A stretch of DNA of 64,000 nucleotides. It comes from Octopus vulgaris (taxonomy: Eukaryota). Both the position numbers and the translations under genes were made by a program. Location of the stretch: the NCBI GenBank assembly GCA_951406725.2, contig OX597827.1:47554001-47618000 (forward strand), written 5' to 3'. A model generated the notes under the pieces. It ran no database searches. It was not told where the DNA came from and was given only the letters and a program-made list of their open reading frames with translations. Below are positions 14,299-27,597 of this stretch, piece after piece (position 1 is the first letter of the stretch; each line of letters starts with the position of its first letter).

Positions 14299-14727
14299 AT
14301 TGTCTGTTTATATTTTTCTATAAATAATTAATTGATTCACGTTGTATTTAGTACCTCTATCTAAACAACAAAGTGCAATAATTCTCATAAATTTTCGTTT
14401 TGTAAAATTTACTCTTCAACTCAGAATTTATTACCTCATTCCTTTTGTATAATGAAAAAGAAAATAATTTGCAAAATCTAATCTCTCGTTTCTAGAAGAT
14501 ACAATTATAGGTAATATTACTTTGACACGTTATTTATTATAGTGAATGATTATTAATATAATTCATTTCATGTTGGAAAATATCTATTTCAAGCATAATT
14601 TTTAGGGAAACACTAGAACAGAAGAATTAAAGATATCTATATAATAATAACCGATATAAATGTTGGTTGGTTGATTGACTGGCAGGTTGGTTTATCCAGT
14701 CATGCTTTGTATCATATATATCTATGT

Positions 14728-14960
14728 AAGGCGTCGAGCTGGCAGAAAAGTTAGCGCGCCGGGCGAAATGCTTAGCGGTATTTGGTCTGTCATTACGTTC
14801 TGAGTTCAAATTCCGCCGAGGTCGACTTTGCCTTTCATCCTTTCGGGGTCGATAAATAAAGTACCAGTTTCGCACTGGGATCGATGTAATCGACTTAATC
14901 GCTTTGTCTGTCCTTGTTTGTCCCCTCTATGTTTAGCCCCTTGTGGCTAGTAAAGAAATA
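14728..14960 (+). mobile_element. Full tRNA-derived SINE family A
   Basis: aggcgtcgagctggcagaa head, gagttcaaattcc, gcctttcatcctttcggggtcgataaa core, gccccttgtggctagtaaagaaata tail. Confidence 0.9.
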
Positions 14961-15699
14961 CAGAGAGAGGGAGAGAGAGAGCGAGAAGCAGAGATGGTAA
15001 AAGAGAGGGAGAGAGAAAAATTAACGCATGAGGTGCAGAATAAATGCCCATGCTAGGCGTGGTGACAGGCAATGAATAAAACTCTATATACACAGTGAGA
15101 AAGAAACAGAGTGGCAGAGGAGGAGAAAGAGGGGGAAGATGAAGCGGAGAAGGAATAAATAACAAATTAGTTATGAAAAGATTTATACAAAATTGCAATT
15201 TCCCGTTGATATCACAGAACCGTTAGCGAACCGTTAGAACATCGGAGAAATTTGTTACCATAATTTCTTTCGAGTCTTTACGTCCATTTCATCAATTTGC
15301 GATCGACTATTCAATGTACCACTCTAGTACAGAGGTGAATATAATCGACTCTGATACTTTTCATAAAATTACAGGCGTTAGACTAAAATTTGAAACAAAA
15401 TTTTAATTTTATTGATAAAATAGAATTAAGATTGTATTTTAAAAAATATGCTTCGTTTGAAAATCATTATTTCGTAATTTTATTATAACTGAGAAATTTG
15501 ATGAAAGTTAAATTCTAATAATCGTACACACAAATCATTTTTCCCGATAGCGTGGTAAAACTACATCAAAAACCAAGCATCGTGGGACGGTTTATAGACT
15601 ATAGGAACGTAAGAATAACTTGCTTGAGCAAGTGCTGTCAATCGAAAGATCCACACACCTGACGTCATTATGTTTCAGTTGTTATCTGAAAAGAATGTG

Positions 15700-16340
15700 A
15701 AACGTTTCGGGATGTTCGTTTCGAAGCACTTAGTGTACCGCGGCCTCCTCGTTTATATTAATCCCAGCATATTACATCAACTGCAGTGAATCTAAAACCA
15801 TTTTCATTCACAGGTGGCTATGTAAACATTGTTTGCTTTAGCATCTCTTTTGGCGAAGAACTATTGTCACATAATTGATAGAACAAGCTTCAGTTGGAAC
15901 ATTTTTCAGGTTACCGATTTTTCTCTCCTGGTAGTATTTCCTCACCTTTGGCCGCCAGAGGACATACATCCCTTCGACCTCTACTTACACTTCTTGTTTT
16001 AATGTATCTTCAGCCTTGTTTCTGTAGAATTTTCTTACAGCATTTCTTGTATTCGTAGCCGCTTCCAAATATCCTCTATATTCCATTGTGCCATTCCTAT
16101 TTCAGGTCCAGATTATTTTCTTAAACATCCATGTTCCATTCATTTCCTATTCTTCTTCATCTCGTGCAGCCATGATATTTATTTCTGTTCACCTTCCTAA
16201 TTCTGCAAAAACGCAATTAGTAGACCTAGTACAGTCAATCTTTCATAACGTCCATAGTTTTTCCCAGTGTCAGTTCGTCTCTCCTAACAGTCCTCTTTTC
16301 TTTCTAAGGTATCTTCCAGTTTCTCCAGGTTGTCAGTGAT
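15700..16340 (-). pseudogene. Possible heavily decayed LINE ORF2 remnant
   Basis: Purine-rich minus strand with coding-like composition and a GFR-like motif; no continuous ORF. Confidence 0.25.
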
Positions 16341-17148
16341 ATCCACCACAAGTATAAGAAATACTGACCAATTTTATAGATAACGTCCAATTTTATCTCT
16401 ACACTGATATAAATCACAACGAAAATACCCTCGCCCTATGCAATTTACTTATAACTTACTGGCCTTCGTCGATAAGAATGAGATTAACGAAAGTAGTTTT
16501 ACTATATACAGTATGAACTGCGGCATTTCTGTCCACTGTAAGACTATTAATTTAATCAATTAGATATTAATCTATTTTTACTATGATATATTGCTAATCA
16601 TCAATTTCTGTATAGATCACGTAGCCAATTACACCAATTCTGTTCAATTTGTCAAGCTTCAAGGAATGACAATAAAGAGACCCGTATATCAATGTATGAT
16701 TCACTAAAATCGTGTATCCGACCATCCAGTTCTAATCTATGATTCAATCTGTGATTTAAGCGTAGTCTAACAAGCGCTCACCGCTTTTTATAAGACAACG
16801 CCGCCATACCTTTCGTTAATGAACTGCAATCTTCAACAAATAGCTCCCTCCTGACAGTTTATGATAACAGTAATGTCTTAAAAGATTCATAAACGTGATA
16901 AAATGAGTCATTATCTTTGGTAATTGGTGTCGGGTTATAACTTGCAAATGAAGACAAATTTTAAAAAATGAAATAAAGGCATAATGTGAAAACGAACCGA
17001 AAATCCTTTATTTCTGCCTAAAGAATTATAAGGTGTCATTAAATATATGAAAAGAAAGGAACACTATCAGAATCAATAAAAATACACCAACCCAGATATA
17101 TAGCTTAATCATGACCAAATTTAATTATAATATTTATGAGATAAGCGT

Positions 17149-17198
<50 letters not shown>

Positions 17199-17221
17199 AC
17201 ATACATACAAACAAACGCACA

Positions 17222-17580
17222 CTCTTTTACTCTTTTAAATTTTTACTTGTTTCAGTCATTTGACTGCGGCCATGCTGGACCACCGCCTTTAGTCGGGCAA
17301 ATCGCCCCCAGGAATTATTCTTTGTAAGCCTAGTACTTGTTCTATCGATCTCTGTTGCCGAATCGCTAAGTTACGGGAACGTAAACACACCATCATCGGT
17401 CATTAAGTGATGTTGGGTGTGTGTGTGTGACAAACACAGACACACAAACATACACAAACATATATATTTATATACAACTAGGCTATAGTAGAAGATACTT
17501 GCCCAAGGTGCCACGCAGTGGGACTGAAGCCTGAACCATGTGGCTGGTAAGCAAGCTACTTACCACACAGTCATTCCTGC
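17222..17580 (-). mobile_element. SINE family C with internal deletion
   Basis: Matches 63241-63650. Confidence 0.85.
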
Positions 17581-17899
17581 ACCTACATACATACATATAT
17601 ACATTCATATATATATATACATAAACACACACAGGCACACACACACACATACACTCACACACACACATATATATATGTATATATATACATATATGTATGT
17701 ATGTATGTATATATATGAAGGTGTGCATATGAAAATATATGCTTTATATAAAGATTTACATGCAAGCACATATACATTTATATGTCGTCGGCTCTACAAC
17801 TTTGGTAAATGGTAATTGTGAGGCTTGGGTGTAGGCTACAAGATCTAATTTTGATCTCCACCACCGATGACTTCTGATGCAGTTGAAGTTATCTAACTA

Positions 17900-18330
17900 A
17901 AAAGAAAGACATGCTTCTCATGTGCACTTCCGTATTCTCTTTCATCTCTCCTCAATGGCTGGAATTTCGAGCTTCAGCGTGTGTACCCATCATGGCACCA
18001 CAGAGCCTTCTTCTTCTACGTGTCTGGAGAAATACCAGGTTCTTCAGATGCCCCTTCAGCACATCCCTATATTGCAACCTCTGGTCACCACGGCTCCGGC
18101 CCTGATGCACATCAGCCTAAAAAACTGGCTTCGGGAGCCTGCAGTCTATCTTTGAAACGTGTCTCACCCAGTGCAGATGCGAAGAGGTAATGAGGACCTC
18201 CACACAAGCTGCACCAGCATGGCACAGGACCTCTACAGCAGGAATGCGACACCGCCATCCGATGGAGTGGGGATGGAGCAAATTTGGATGGTAGACAAGA
18301 CCGTAACAGGAACTTAAATTACCGCTTGCG
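17900..18330 (-). pseudogene. 3' fragment of RTE-clade LINE ORF
   Basis: Minus strand IGWRCRIPAVEVLCHAG..LHWVRHVSKIDCRLPKPVF*..RSRGDQRLQYRDVLK resembles the RTE/BovB C-terminal pattern (W.D.I...EVL..A..LRW.GHV.RM...RLPK..L..GG..RYKD.LK). Confidence 0.75.
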
Positions 18331-19626
18331 TCCATAGACTGGGGTAGCACCTTGGGTATGTTCTATCAACCGATTTGCATCACGTTATATAACTTACATC
18401 ACACACACATATGTGTATGTATATGCATGTATGTGTATGTGCGTGTGTGTGTATATGTATGTGTGTGTACCATAATATGCTAGCAAAATGTTAACAAATG
18501 CCCATAACAATCTCAGAATTGTAAAAAAAGATAATGACCTAACCAGTATTGGTCCTCTTTCTGAAAGGTGTTTGGAAACCAGGTATTCTATTACGTCCAC
18601 TAAAAAATTTCTCATATAGTCACTCACTGTCAACACGTTTACTACATCAATTAAATTCACCACACATTGACAAAGTTCGTGGCGAGGGACTCTCATTTCA
18701 AAATGAACAACTTTAATACAGATTTTCATTAGTAAAGTTGACCCATCAACTTCATGGTAAGTATATTTGCTGAATCTATGTTGGCTATATAAAAACTGAA
18801 ATTTAATATTGTTTTAGTGTAGATATCACATATTAATCACCCTTACCTCAGATATGAATTTAAAATTAGTGGTAGATCATTCAGGCGTAACTATGCGGAT
18901 TTACTGGAAGGGATAGGTAGCCGGGGGATTTTGATTACATACTAATATCCATTTTTGTTTGATTGCTCGCCATGAAGTCAAGGGTAACTGGTTCTCGACT
19001 CTGTGTACTGTGAGGAACTATTCTAATTGTAAACAGTTAATTAGGAAACATAATTAAGCAGGAATTGGGGGTACTTCAAACGATTGCACGATATAAATGA
19101 AACCAATACTAGTGTCAACTGGTAATAGGCTATTATTGACAAGCAAAGCAGCCCGGAATTGTTCGATATATACACGGCACTGGGCTAAGTTCTAAGTAGG
19201 TTCCTCTCACTTTCACCATCATCAGCTGTCCTGGCCATTTAATTCCAGTCAGGATTACAAGAACTTTCTCTCGAAAATAGGACACTGTATTAATTTTACA
19301 CGAAATTAATATAAAATATATTACAATAACATTTTTTTACACGTAGTTATATGTATTGATAAAATATATTTTTTCCCTATTCATTACTTATGGTAAATGA
19401 AGAAAAGATTAACATGGCGTCATAAAAATCTTTAGCCTGATAGGGAAGATCTCATTTTATATTATACAAAATTACACGTAGGACATCTATCAGAATACCT
19501 ATATAATGATGGCTTTCGTCTAGTGACACACAGGCACGCACGCACACATACACGCAAGGAAGCACATGCGTACACACAACGCACGCCTCCATCCACCCAC
19601 ATATGCCCACTCATATGTATATATAG

Positions 19627-19659
<33 letters not shown>

Positions 19660-19999
19660 TGTATGTATGTATGTATGTATGTATGTATATATATATATAT
19701 ATATATATACCTGTGTGTGCGCGTGCGTTTACCGTTTCATTTATACACCTAATTCCTTGATTATGGCTAAGATATCATTCAATGTGCTAAGCAATTTTTT
19801 TCGCGAATTAATTTCTGTGTCATATGATTTCGAATTATATATGTACGTATGTATGTATGTATGTAAATATGAATGTATGGATGTATGTATGTATGTAAGT
19901 ATGTATGTATGTATGTATGTAAGTGTATGTATGTGTATGTATGTATATGCATCTACGTATGTGTGTATGTATATATAGTCGTATTTATGTATCCATGTA

Positions 20000-20050
<51 letters not shown>

Positions 20051-20596
20051 GCACAATTTGACGAAACCTATTTCTCAGCATGCGCTTCTAATGAAATGCT
20101 ATTCAGGTTTGATTTATTACGGCTCTTGTAACTTGTCTTGATAGGCCTTAGGTTTGAGGTTCATTTACTGTAATATATGAGTGATTAACAAAGCCTGAGG
20201 CATAATTAGGGATCATTGGCCTCGAAAAGTCAACTAATTTTCGTCCCACTAATGAGAGAAGCTTTACATGGGTCACTCGAATTTCTAGACATAGCACCCA
20301 TTGATCTGTAAAAATTAAACATTTTCCTTTAATATAATAGAATTTGAATAATATAATCTGGGTTAGAGTCTATCTCTCTGTCTCTGTCTGTTTGCCTGCC
20401 TATCTCTCTCTCTTTTTTTCTCTCTCTCTCTCATACTGTTTTAATTGTTGCATTTATTGGACAGCGCCCCTGCTGTTGCACCGACTTCAACAGTTTAGTG
20501 TAACAAAGTATATGCTTGTTTCCTACTTTGTCCTTTAATTTTACTGAACGTAAATGAACCAATATCAGTGTATGGGAATATACACAAATATATTCA

Positions 20597-20679
<83 letters not shown>

Positions 20680-20726
20680 ATCTATCTGTCTATCGCTCTC
20701 CCCCTCTCTATCTCTCTCTCTTTCTC

Positions 20727-20767
<41 letters not shown>

Positions 20768-21029
20768 GAGATGTACTCGCATAGCAAGTAATTTGATCTG
20801 AGATCGTGTGCTGAAACGAAAACAATTGCAGCGTGGAAGGTGTTTATAAGCCATTTAAGAAACACACAAAAGCCGTTCGATTCACTCCAACATTTAAGTT
20901 TAATTTGTCAAAATATTTTCGTCGCTAAAATCCGCGACCTGTTCACAAATTAAACTTAAATGTTGGAGTGAATCGAACGGCTTTTGTGTGTTTCTTAAAT
21001 GGCTTATAAACACCTTCCACGCTGCAATT

Positions 21030-21033
<4 letters not shown>
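20768..21033. mobile_element. Foldback element with perfect 89-bp arms (20820-20908 / 20945-21033) in (TA)n
   Basis: Arms exactly complementary by eye; 36-bp spacer contains a gtcgc/gcgac stem next to GAAA on the minus strand. Confidence 0.85.
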
Positions 21034-21066
<33 letters not shown>

Positions 21067-21339
21067 TCCTTGCATAAATAGATACATACGTACATAGCTA
21101 CAAGTCACTGGTCGGCCCAAAGTAGAAGATACTGGCCCACGAAGAGATGCTGTAAGACGGAATTCGAAGTCACATGAATCACGTTGTTGCGAAGTAAAAT
21201 TCCTCACCGCGCTCTCATACCTATGCTTGTCTGTGTAAAAAACAAACATCGAAATAGAACAGTCTATCTACGGTGAGAATGTGATTTTATATTAGGCTTT
21301 CTTGACTATTGTTAGCAGGTATTTTGTAATTAAAAAAAA

Positions 21340-21519
21340 CCCCGAAAGAATAGATTATTTACAATACTTTCCTTTGAAAGAAATTTGTCCTCATCTTGTT
21401 TGTTGTTAACCCAACGTTTCGGCTGACGTACCCTCCGGGCTTCATCAGCTGCCTTGGAGGAATTTCGAACCAGGGTTCTCATTCCTAAGGTATTTTTCGA
21501 TGATACTATCATCATCATC

Positions 21520-21573
<54 letters not shown>

Positions 21574-21735
21574 TTTCCGGCCGCTGCTTGGAATCGAACT
21601 CGGAATCTTAGGGTTACTAGCCAGCTGTCTTAACCTCTACGGCATAAGCCCGTGATGAAGGCTGGGAGGGGGGATGTATCAGCCGAAATGTGTTAACAGC
21701 AAACAAGATGAGGATAAATATCCATCGAATGTAAA
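21340..21735 (-). mobile_element. tRNA-head element with hammerhead-bearing tail and an inverted partial tail copy
   Basis: Minus strand: A/B-box-like head 21651-21578, (AAT)n, body, CTGATGA..cagcc GAAACGTT at 21448-21413; the same tail inverted at 21652-21735. Confidence 0.7.
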
Positions 21736-22376
21736 AAAAAAAAAAAATGTTTAAAATATAGAACTGCCAAAGCAATAAGTTTGTCAACATGGGCAAGTGT
21801 CTCCCGCTGTAGGCAGCGGCGTCCAATAATACCTTGTGACAGAATTTGATGGGCAGAAACAACTGTGTGGAAGACAAATCAGAGTCGAACGTCAAGCGGA
21901 CGGGACACAAACACAAAGAAATCCGCGCACACTCACACATACACACTCACACATACACACACACACATACATACACGCAGACATATATATTCTCTAGACA
22001 TACAGACACACGTACAAACACATACAGACGCATACACTCAGATACACACGTTTACAGAGAAAAGCACATACACACTCACAAATACTAATGGCTTCCACAC
22101 AGTTCCCGAATTATTCACTCACAACACTTTGCTCGACCAAGGGCTATAACTGAAAACATTTCTACAAGTATTTCGCAGGGGACTGAAACCAAAATCATGT
22201 AACCGCGAAGCACAGTATGTCTTACGGGGAATAACATCTCCGACAACATAATTTAATATGTTCTTTCTTTTCTTGGACGACAGGCTTTCATTTCTGATAG
22301 GCATACCACTTACAGATTCTCTATATTTGTTAAGTGAACCGGCATTTGAAATAAATAACTTCAAACTCCATGAAGT

Positions 22377-22664
22377 ATATGGAGCAAATTCTGTTCAAGT
22401 GAAAGTCAAATTTTAAACATACAAATTTGAGGCTATATGCATATGTTTGAGGGAATTAATTTTACAGCCCCTCGGGTATACGGAGCCAATCCTGCTCAAG
22501 TGGAATTTCAGTTTTGAACGTAGATATACGAGGCCGCATGCATATATTTGAGGGGAATAATTTTATAGCCCCATGGGTTATATGGAGCAAATTCTATTAA
22601 AATGGAATTTGAATTTTGAACGTAGAAATATGAGGCAACATGCGCATATCTGAGGGGAATTTAT
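22377..22664 (+). repeat. ~101-bp minisatellite, ~2.8 diverged copies
   Basis: ata.ggagc.aat.ct..tcaagtg.aa..tgaggg.a.t.atttta.agcccc recurring at ~22377, 22478, 22580. Confidence 0.85.
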
Positions 22665-22941
22665 TGAAGGTGAGATCAAAATTGATATCATCTATAATAT
22701 TGATTTCCAGTATAAATTCAACAGGATTATATCCATTTCATTATTTATTATATATAATCCCAAAAGATGAAAGGCAAATAAGATGCCGTTTGGTTGTGAA
22801 CTTAGAAAGTAAAGTGATGGAATTAAATTTTATATCATATTTTAATCCGTAAATTCTGATTTTACTATACCCAGTAATAATAATGATAACGGTTTCTGAT
22901 ATCTTCTGTCCTGATAACAATACGTACAGCAACAGCAGCAA

Positions 22942-23085
22942 CAGTGGTCGTAAGAACGCCATTTCGATTCCCAGACCGGGCATTGTGAGTGTTTATTGAG
23001 CATAAGCTCCACGATGCTCCGGCGAGGCGGAGTGGTGAACCCCGCTGTACTCTCTCATCACAACTTTCCCTCACTCTTTCTTCCT
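22942..23085 (-). mobile_element. SINE family B 5' fragment
   Basis: tttcgattcccagaccgggcattgtg.gtgtttattgagc..aagctccacga is the reverse complement of 14110-14250, so the element reads on + relative to that copy; orientation call approximate. Confidence 0.6.
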
Positions 23086-23329
23086 ACATCTGCCACGAAG
23101 CAGAGGAACCATGGTGCAACCCACTATGTTGTAGTATACTTTCAGACCATAGTCTAGATTGCGAATCCTCTGTACCCCAGGATGGTTCAGCTCTACACCC
23201 GTTAAAAGCCACCGTTTACGGAATGAGGATAACAACGTAGCTTTTGCCGTGGATCTTCAAGTTGCCACACGCTTAGAGTAAGCTCCAATTAGAAATTATT
23301 CTTTGAGGCTAATGGCGTGAGTCCTGATT

Positions 23330-23830
23330 GGAAGAAGAAGAAGAAGAAGAAGAAGAAGAAGAAGAAGAAGAAGAAGAAGAAGCAGCAGCAACAACAAAAA
23401 TGGTTTCAAATTTTGGCACATGGCTAGGAATTTCGGGGGAGGAGGCAAGTTGATTGCATCGAACTCAGTATGTGATCTAATAGGAAATAGTGATGTTGTT
23501 TACGATTAGATCAGTCCTCCGCAGCGCATTTGTTTTATCGGCAACGAAATGATTAAATGCGAAGTCGACGTCGGCGGTATTTGAACTCAGAACGTAAAGA
23601 CGTGCGAAATACCGCTGATTGTTTTTTTTGCCCAACGTGTTAACGACTCTGCCCGCTCCTCGCCTTGATAACGCTGACGATGATAATGATGAAAATGATC
23701 AAGATGATGATGATGAGGATGATAATGATGTTGATGATGATAATGAGGAGGTGGAGGGAGCGGATTATCATCATGCTGTTGGTGGCAGTGATGATGATGA
23801 AGATGATGATGATAATGACGACGATGATAT
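23330..23830. repeat. (GAA)n and degenerate (GAT)n tracts around a decayed SINE A copy
   Basis: Directly visible; gaagtcgacgtcggcggtatttgaactcagaacg between them. Confidence 0.8.
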
Positions 23831-24727
23831 TTTATAACTTAGGCAAAATTAATACACATATAGAAGACACACATCATATGTAGATCATAAGAGAGGATTA
23901 AGAGGCAGAAACACAAGAATGAAATTTTAAATTACTTATGTATTGAGTCACGCCCATTTATGTTCGAAGTATAAAAATGTTGCCAAGGTTATCTTTCACT
24001 TAAATCATTCAGGCGTTTATAAAATAAGTATGATTCAAGTAGCGGGTCGATAGAATCGGCTATAAGTGCCCATCACCCAAAGTTGTGACCCTGTGGGTAT
24101 ATGAAACATAATAATCCATAAAGTGCGTAATCTGTTGAGAAATAGGATGATATCCAAAGACACTTGCGTAAATAAGTTCAATATATTGATTAGAATATTA
24201 ACTAAAGAAAAAAATTATAATTATCAGTTCGTAAAGGAATATAATGTGGAAGAAAAAGCAGAAATTAATGATGTTTATAATCTATACTTTCCTATAACAT
24301 CTGGACAATGATTTTTAGGGCATATATAAGAGTGTGCATGCAAGCATGTTGCAATATGAAAACATATTTATAGATAGATGAATAGGTAGATAGATAGGTA
24401 GATAGATAGATAGATAGAGTGTATAAATAAAATACATATAGATAACTAATAAATTACATAGAAACAAATACAGATATACACACACACACAGGCACACAGG
24501 CACACACACAGAGGCTCACGCAGATACACATGTATGGATATACGTGACAGTGTGGGAAGAAGCTTGCTTCCCAACTGCAGGGTTCAGGGTTCAGTCCCAC
24601 TACGTGCGACCATGGGTGGCTTTTATTATATACCTGTGGGCCGATCAAAGCCTCGTGGTTGGAGGCTGAAAGAGGCACGTGGTATCTATATACATACATA
24701 TATACATACATACATACAATCACACAC

Positions 24728-24802
<75 letters not shown>

Positions 24803-25282
24803 ATTAAAAATGGGGTCAACAAGAAGGGATAAAATTGGACATTTACTTTTTAAGCACTACAATTGTTTCCGCACAACGTAGTGCTCCAGGTGTGCAGGTC
24901 CTTGATTAAACAACTGTTTTCCTGCGTTAGTTGTGTTTCCTAGGGCGATTCGTAAAGATTGTCTCTGTAATTTTAAAATTCTCGACTTCAAGGACATCCT
25001 ACCTGTCTGCCATGGTCTGAATTTATTAGTAATCACTGAGCTTTGCTTGTATTCACTAAATTTGTCAGAATGTTTTGCTGCTGAAGGGCCGTTGGCAAAC
25101 TACATTGAATGACTATATAATCTGGGATGATGATTCTGGTTCTGTCAAAGTGGTTGTCATTTTAAAGGGATTGGTATTTTATTTCTTTGTACTGGTGATT
25201 TGTTCTTCATGGTTGGTTATACATGCGATTTCTCTTTATGATTCAACGCTCGGACACGTACACGCATACACAAACATACACA

Positions 25283-25336
<54 letters not shown>

Positions 25337-26793
25337 GTATATATACATGTACATATAAAGAAAGAGATAAGATGAAAAGGCACAAGATTTGTTTTACAGG
25401 ACTTAAGAGTATATTAGAGCCATGAGGATAAAGATATGAAAACAATTTTATACAAAATAAGGTTTTGTTCTTTAAACAATTGAAATACAGACCGGTTTCC
25501 CATTGATGATCTAACTGAGAGTTGAAAGAGATAAATTGCTAGCAATTTGTACAAAAGTGTTTTATATCTTTATTATCATGGCTCTAATATACTCTTAACT
25601 TCTGTAAAACAAATATTTTGTGTTTTTTCTCATCTTACCTCTTACTCTGTTTATGTCCACCATGCACCACGTTTGTTTCTCCATTAAGGTATTTTCTACC
25701 TTGCATGTATGTATATATATACTACATATACATGTTTGTGTGTCTGTGTGTTTTCGTTTTTAGCGATGGAAGCAGCATTCTGTATATTCTACTTAATGTA
25801 GGTATACTACCAGAAACATACAAAACAATAGTGTTCGTCTTCTGAAGATTTCCGTGTTGACGTATCTTGATAAAAGGAGCTCAAATGTATCAGTCGCAGA
25901 CAAAATTAAAAAATGCCATAACACACAAACACACACACACATACAAACACATACACACACGCGTGTGTGTAATTCAGACTTCGTATTAATAATTATCCCT
26001 TCCCTCTTGAGTATTGATGTTAGTCTACTTTGCCACAACTGAACACTGAATGGTTCTGACATTCTTTGTAGAGCACTGCAAAGGGACATCAAGAGGACAG
26101 TTTGATGATTCTTTTTATTTTAGCACCACAACACGGTCGTACACTGACAGCTGAAAACACCACCACCGCAGACTACAAGAATAAAAGTACATACACCCTT
26201 TCATCTTTCATAAATTTTGGAGTAATGTACGATATAACGTGCGTATCCGAATTAGCTATCACATATTTGTCTCACCTCAAGTCAGTATGAATTATCGTCT
26301 TGTGACGTGTCTGGAGATATTTTTTTTAATATCAGTTCTGGTGTCTGAGACTATTTTATTATTAATCATTTACACTAAGTAAAAGACTGACACATATTAC
26401 TGCCTTAATAAGATTTTCTATCATATCCTCACTTTATCTTATCTTTCTTTATTACAAACAAAAGCATGCTGAATTATAAATAAATAAATAAATAAATATA
26501 TACACACAAAAGAATTTCAAATCAGTCAGTCTGCCATTGATACATACATATACAGATTTCATTTTACATTTTTTAAATTTTTATATTATTACATTTCTAT
26601 GGTTTTATATTCCGAATATACTAAAGCTTTAGATTGGACAACTCTATCATAATTAAATCTATATATGTATGTATCAATCGTAGTCTGCCTGACTTGAACG
26701 ACCTCTGTGAATCTCTGTATACTTGTCTAGCGTCTCGGGTCAGACTCGAACACTCCCATGCTTTCTATGCGTTTCCATAGAAAATTTTAATAA

Positions 26794-26993
26794 TATAGAT
26801 CGTTAGCTACTACACACATTTTTTTCTCTCCTTGTTTCTCTCCTTGTATTTTTTTCTGTGTATCTTTCTGTCGAAGAGCGTAGGCTCGAAACGTAAAAGA
26901 CTTTTTCTATTCCTGAGCCCTGTACTAATACATTTGTTTGTTTGTACTCCACCTGCCTTCGTATTTTGTTTATTTTCGTAAACTTTCCCTTTA
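26794..26993 (+). mobile_element. Short Penelope pLTR-like element with minimal hammerhead-like motif (26863-26900)
   Basis: tcttt-CTGTCGA-a-gagc gtag gctc-GAAAC-GTA-aaaga; same family as 62477-62680. Confidence 0.6.
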
Positions 26994-26995
26994 TA

Positions 26996-27044
<49 letters not shown>

Positions 27045-27048
27045 TATA

Positions 27049-27460
27049 CAGAAATCCTTTTATTGCATTCTACACGTGTTTCGAAAGGGACAATTTACCA
27101 AATTCCGATTGAATAAAGAGACCATATTGTGTCTTTCTCTTTCTTTTTCCAACGGATTTCCTATTTCTTCCTGAAGAGAAAGACACAATATGGTCTCCTT
27201 ATTCAATCGGAATTTGGTAAATTGTGCCTTTCGAAACACGTGTAGAATGCAATAAAACGATTTCTGTTCAATCTTCGTTCAACTCCTTTTCTTCAATTCA
27301 CTAATAATATTAAAATTCAATTATCCGCACCAACGCACGGTTGCAACACCATATGGTTGTACCTCCAACCGTGCTGTCTTCTGCTGTGATTTTTGCTACC
27401 AAGGTATCGGTTAAACTTTTGATTAATCTGCAACAAGATTATTCATCTTTCTATTTCACA
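27049..27460 (+). mobile_element. Foldback element (arms 27049-27141 / 27174-27266) with hammerhead at 27168-27247
   Basis: ttc-CTGAAGA-gaaagacacaat..attgtgcctttc-GAAAC-acgt-GTA-gaa; flanked by (TA)n. Confidence 0.78.
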
Positions 27461-27561
27461 TATATATACATATATATATATATATACATACATATATATA
27501 TATGTATACATACACATATATATATATGCGTGTATATATATACGTATATAAACATACACAC

Positions 27562-27597
<36 letters not shown>

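Noticed and set aside
23619-23883. Asp-rich and Met-rich ORFs
   Set aside because: Translation of a degenerate (GAT)n microsatellite
24845-25500. Hammerhead 3' half-motifs on the minus strand (GAAACaattGTA near 24870, GAAACcgGTC near 25495)
   Set aside because: No matching CUGANGA core or stem II found
25630-26290. Candidate small exons near strong-looking splice signals (tcttacct; ttctttttattttag)
   Set aside because: No consistent acceptor-donor pair with a recognisable peptide
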